From Phallusia mammillata (Eukaryota): 64,000 bases of DNA. The position numbers and the translations under genes were made by a program. Positions within the stretch are counted from its first letter, which is position 1, and the number at the start of each line of letters is the position of its first letter. This document shows, one piece after another, positions 62,301 to 64,000 of the stretch. The stretch covers positions 930,001 through 994,000 of the forward strand of contig OZ281501.1 of NCBI GenBank assembly GCA_965637545.1, given 5' to 3'. A model generated the notes under the pieces. The model worked only from the letters and a program-made list of their open reading frames with translations. It had not been told where the DNA came from and did not search any database.

Positions 62301-64000
62301 CTGCAAAGCTATGACGTAATCTTGCTTCTCGAAAACCGGGTCGTTGTCATTTGAGTCGGTTACTCGGATTCTGATTGTCACGTGGTCGGAAAGAGGTGTT
62401 TCACCGAGGTCACTTGCGGTCAATGTCACGTGGTGGTAGTGACTGCGTTCGTAGTCTGAGAACAAAAAGTAAAGTTAAACCAACTTTTTAAACCAAAGAA
62501 TTTTAAGGTTAACTTGCAAATGCTTTGAAAGAACAAAAAACAAAAGCGAGGTAAAGCGACAAAAAATCATTGTAACACTAAACGCTTACCACAAAAACGG
62601 TTTTTTCTTTGATGTTTAGCTCCTGGTTTCAAATGTCCAAGTACAAAACTAACTGATACAGCTTTACGCAACTAACTTATACGCAACTCTATTAGTATCT
62701 AGTTATCTATGCTCAATTCCGTTTGATCGGTGCGGGACAGGTTACTTACCCAACTCTTTCAGAATCAGGAGATTGATGTGGGTTCGTCCTGTCTCGTCCT
62801 CGTCTTGCAAGATTTGAAAGTAGTTGTTGTTCGAAAGTGTGTATCTGATCATCGAGTTATTGCCTGCGAAAAGTCAAAGTTTTCAAACGTATGCCCAAAA
62901 CTGAGGAACATAATACCACAAGCAGTTTTTGTAGGTTTCATATGAACGTCAAGATTGCGTCATTCAAAGTTACAAGTTGTGTCAAAATGCACAAAGATGT
63001 TTTTGGTAAGAATATTGAAAATCCTGCTGTCCTCCCAACTATGTGCCATAAAGAAGCACTTAATATTGTTCAAGTAGACTCCTTGATTTCGTGGCGCAAG
63101 CATAGATTAGATGATGACAAGTACGACAAATTCAAACTGATAGTTAAACTCCCACAGTCTGTAGAAATTAACAACCCTTATGCGATACGAAGAAAACATC
63201 AGTCACCAAAAGGGAGGATATAAAATATCGATAGACTGTCGGGTAAATTTAATTCGAACCTGAATCTTGATCTCGAGCTTGGAACTGGTCCAGGTTGATG
63301 ACGTCACCTACTGCTATGCTTTCTGTGACGTTTATTTCGATGGGTCGGACCGGGAAGGCTGGAGCGTGGTCGTTTATGTCATTGATGACGACTTCGAGGT
63401 TGAGAAGAGAGAAATAAGCTTGAGGAAGCATCACCGCCTGATGTAAATATTTAATAAAGTTTTAGTGTTGTTGGGTACTCGGGTGAAAATTGTGTCAAAA
63501 TAAATTTTGGGTTACTTAAGCCACAAATGAAAGCGTACATTGTGTGGAACACAAAAAAGGTATTAAGCGTTATTCACATGACTTTTGTTGAACAACATAT
63601 TGACGTAATTGCACAGTTTATGATGACAAATCGACAATGTCTTTCTAAATAATTTATGACATTGTACATTTTCATCAAAAAATGAAACATTTTACCAAGT
63701 AAAACATTCTTTTGGTTATATGTTTTTACGTTTGTAGTTCTTAGCTAAACATTAAAAACCAAAGTTACAAACGCAACAAATAGTCTGTACTATTAGACTG
63801 GACATTATTAATTTAAGTTGAAAGGCAGAAAAAAAAACGAATTTGTCTCCATTACCTGAACTTTGATTACACATATCTTAGAGCCTCTACAATCCACATC
63901 TCGGTCAATCCTGTGTTTTAATGTGATTATCCCAGTTTTGTCGTCGAGTTGGACGAGATTTGTTCGAGGTGGGGAAGCAGAGAATGAAGATAGAACTAAT
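56336..64000 (-). CDS. delta-2 protocadherin (PCDH10/17/18/19-like), 5'-partial
   Basis: Exons 63856->64000, 63260-63437, 62750-62863, 62116-62455, 61669-61814, 61469-61591, 61161-61296, 60836-61013, 60580-60720, 60294-60464, 59798-59998, 59367-59597 (TM, ends CKKDNK), 58864-59072 (KVRTYNC), 58556-58709, 57816-57939 (CM1 DSGRGDSD), 56966-57121 (CM2 CTEECLQFGHSDICWMP), 56336-56802 (..EIINDIDMLLAH*). Six cadherin repeats with DxNDNxP, LDRE and AxDxD motifs; phases consistent. Confidence 0.92.
57375..57685. mobile_element. hAT MITE in protocadherin intron
   Basis: TIR CAGTGGTTCTCAAA...TTTGAGAACCACTG; 8-bp TSD TCATAGAG on both sides; GCGACCC subterminal repeats. Confidence 0.92.
58098..58437. 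mobile_element. hAT MITE in protocadherin intron
   Basis: TIR CAGGGGTGTCAAACTC...GAGTTTGACACCCCTG; near-perfect TSD TTTTAGGG/TTTTAAGG. Confidence 0.88.

Noticed and set aside
62891-63223. 110-aa plus-strand ORF inside a protocadherin intron
   Set aside because: No recognisable family motif; possibly a transposon remnant, but unsupported.

Overview
AT-rich eukaryotic, intron-rich DNA. It is most consistent with an invertebrate chordate such as an ascidian (inferred from alphaI-domain integrins, a delta-protocadherin and short introns). All recognisable genes are on the minus strand. From the right end: a delta-2-type protocadherin (56336 to >64000, 5' end outside the window), then an integrin-alpha locus filling 1-53045. 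Reading splice sites by hand shows this is not a run of complete paralogues. It contains SIX N-terminal 'head' cassettes (F 48179-53045, E 40448-47338, D 29440-36107, C 21768-26665, B 16414-20623, A 10156-15030). Each encodes a signal peptide, propeller blades 1-2, an intact MIDAS alphaI/VWA domain and the first strand of blade 3, and each ends at the same phase-0 GT donor. Only ONE copy of the rest of the chain follows (propeller blades 3-7, thigh, calf; 6927 down to <147, running off the window). The arrangement resembles a clustered-protocadherin/UGT1-style variable-plus-constant locus, here for an integrin. That is an inference needing transcript evidence. Introns hold hAT MITEs with 8-bp TSDs, tRNA-derived SINEs, a pogo-like MITE, minisatellites and hammerhead-ribozyme-like repeats.
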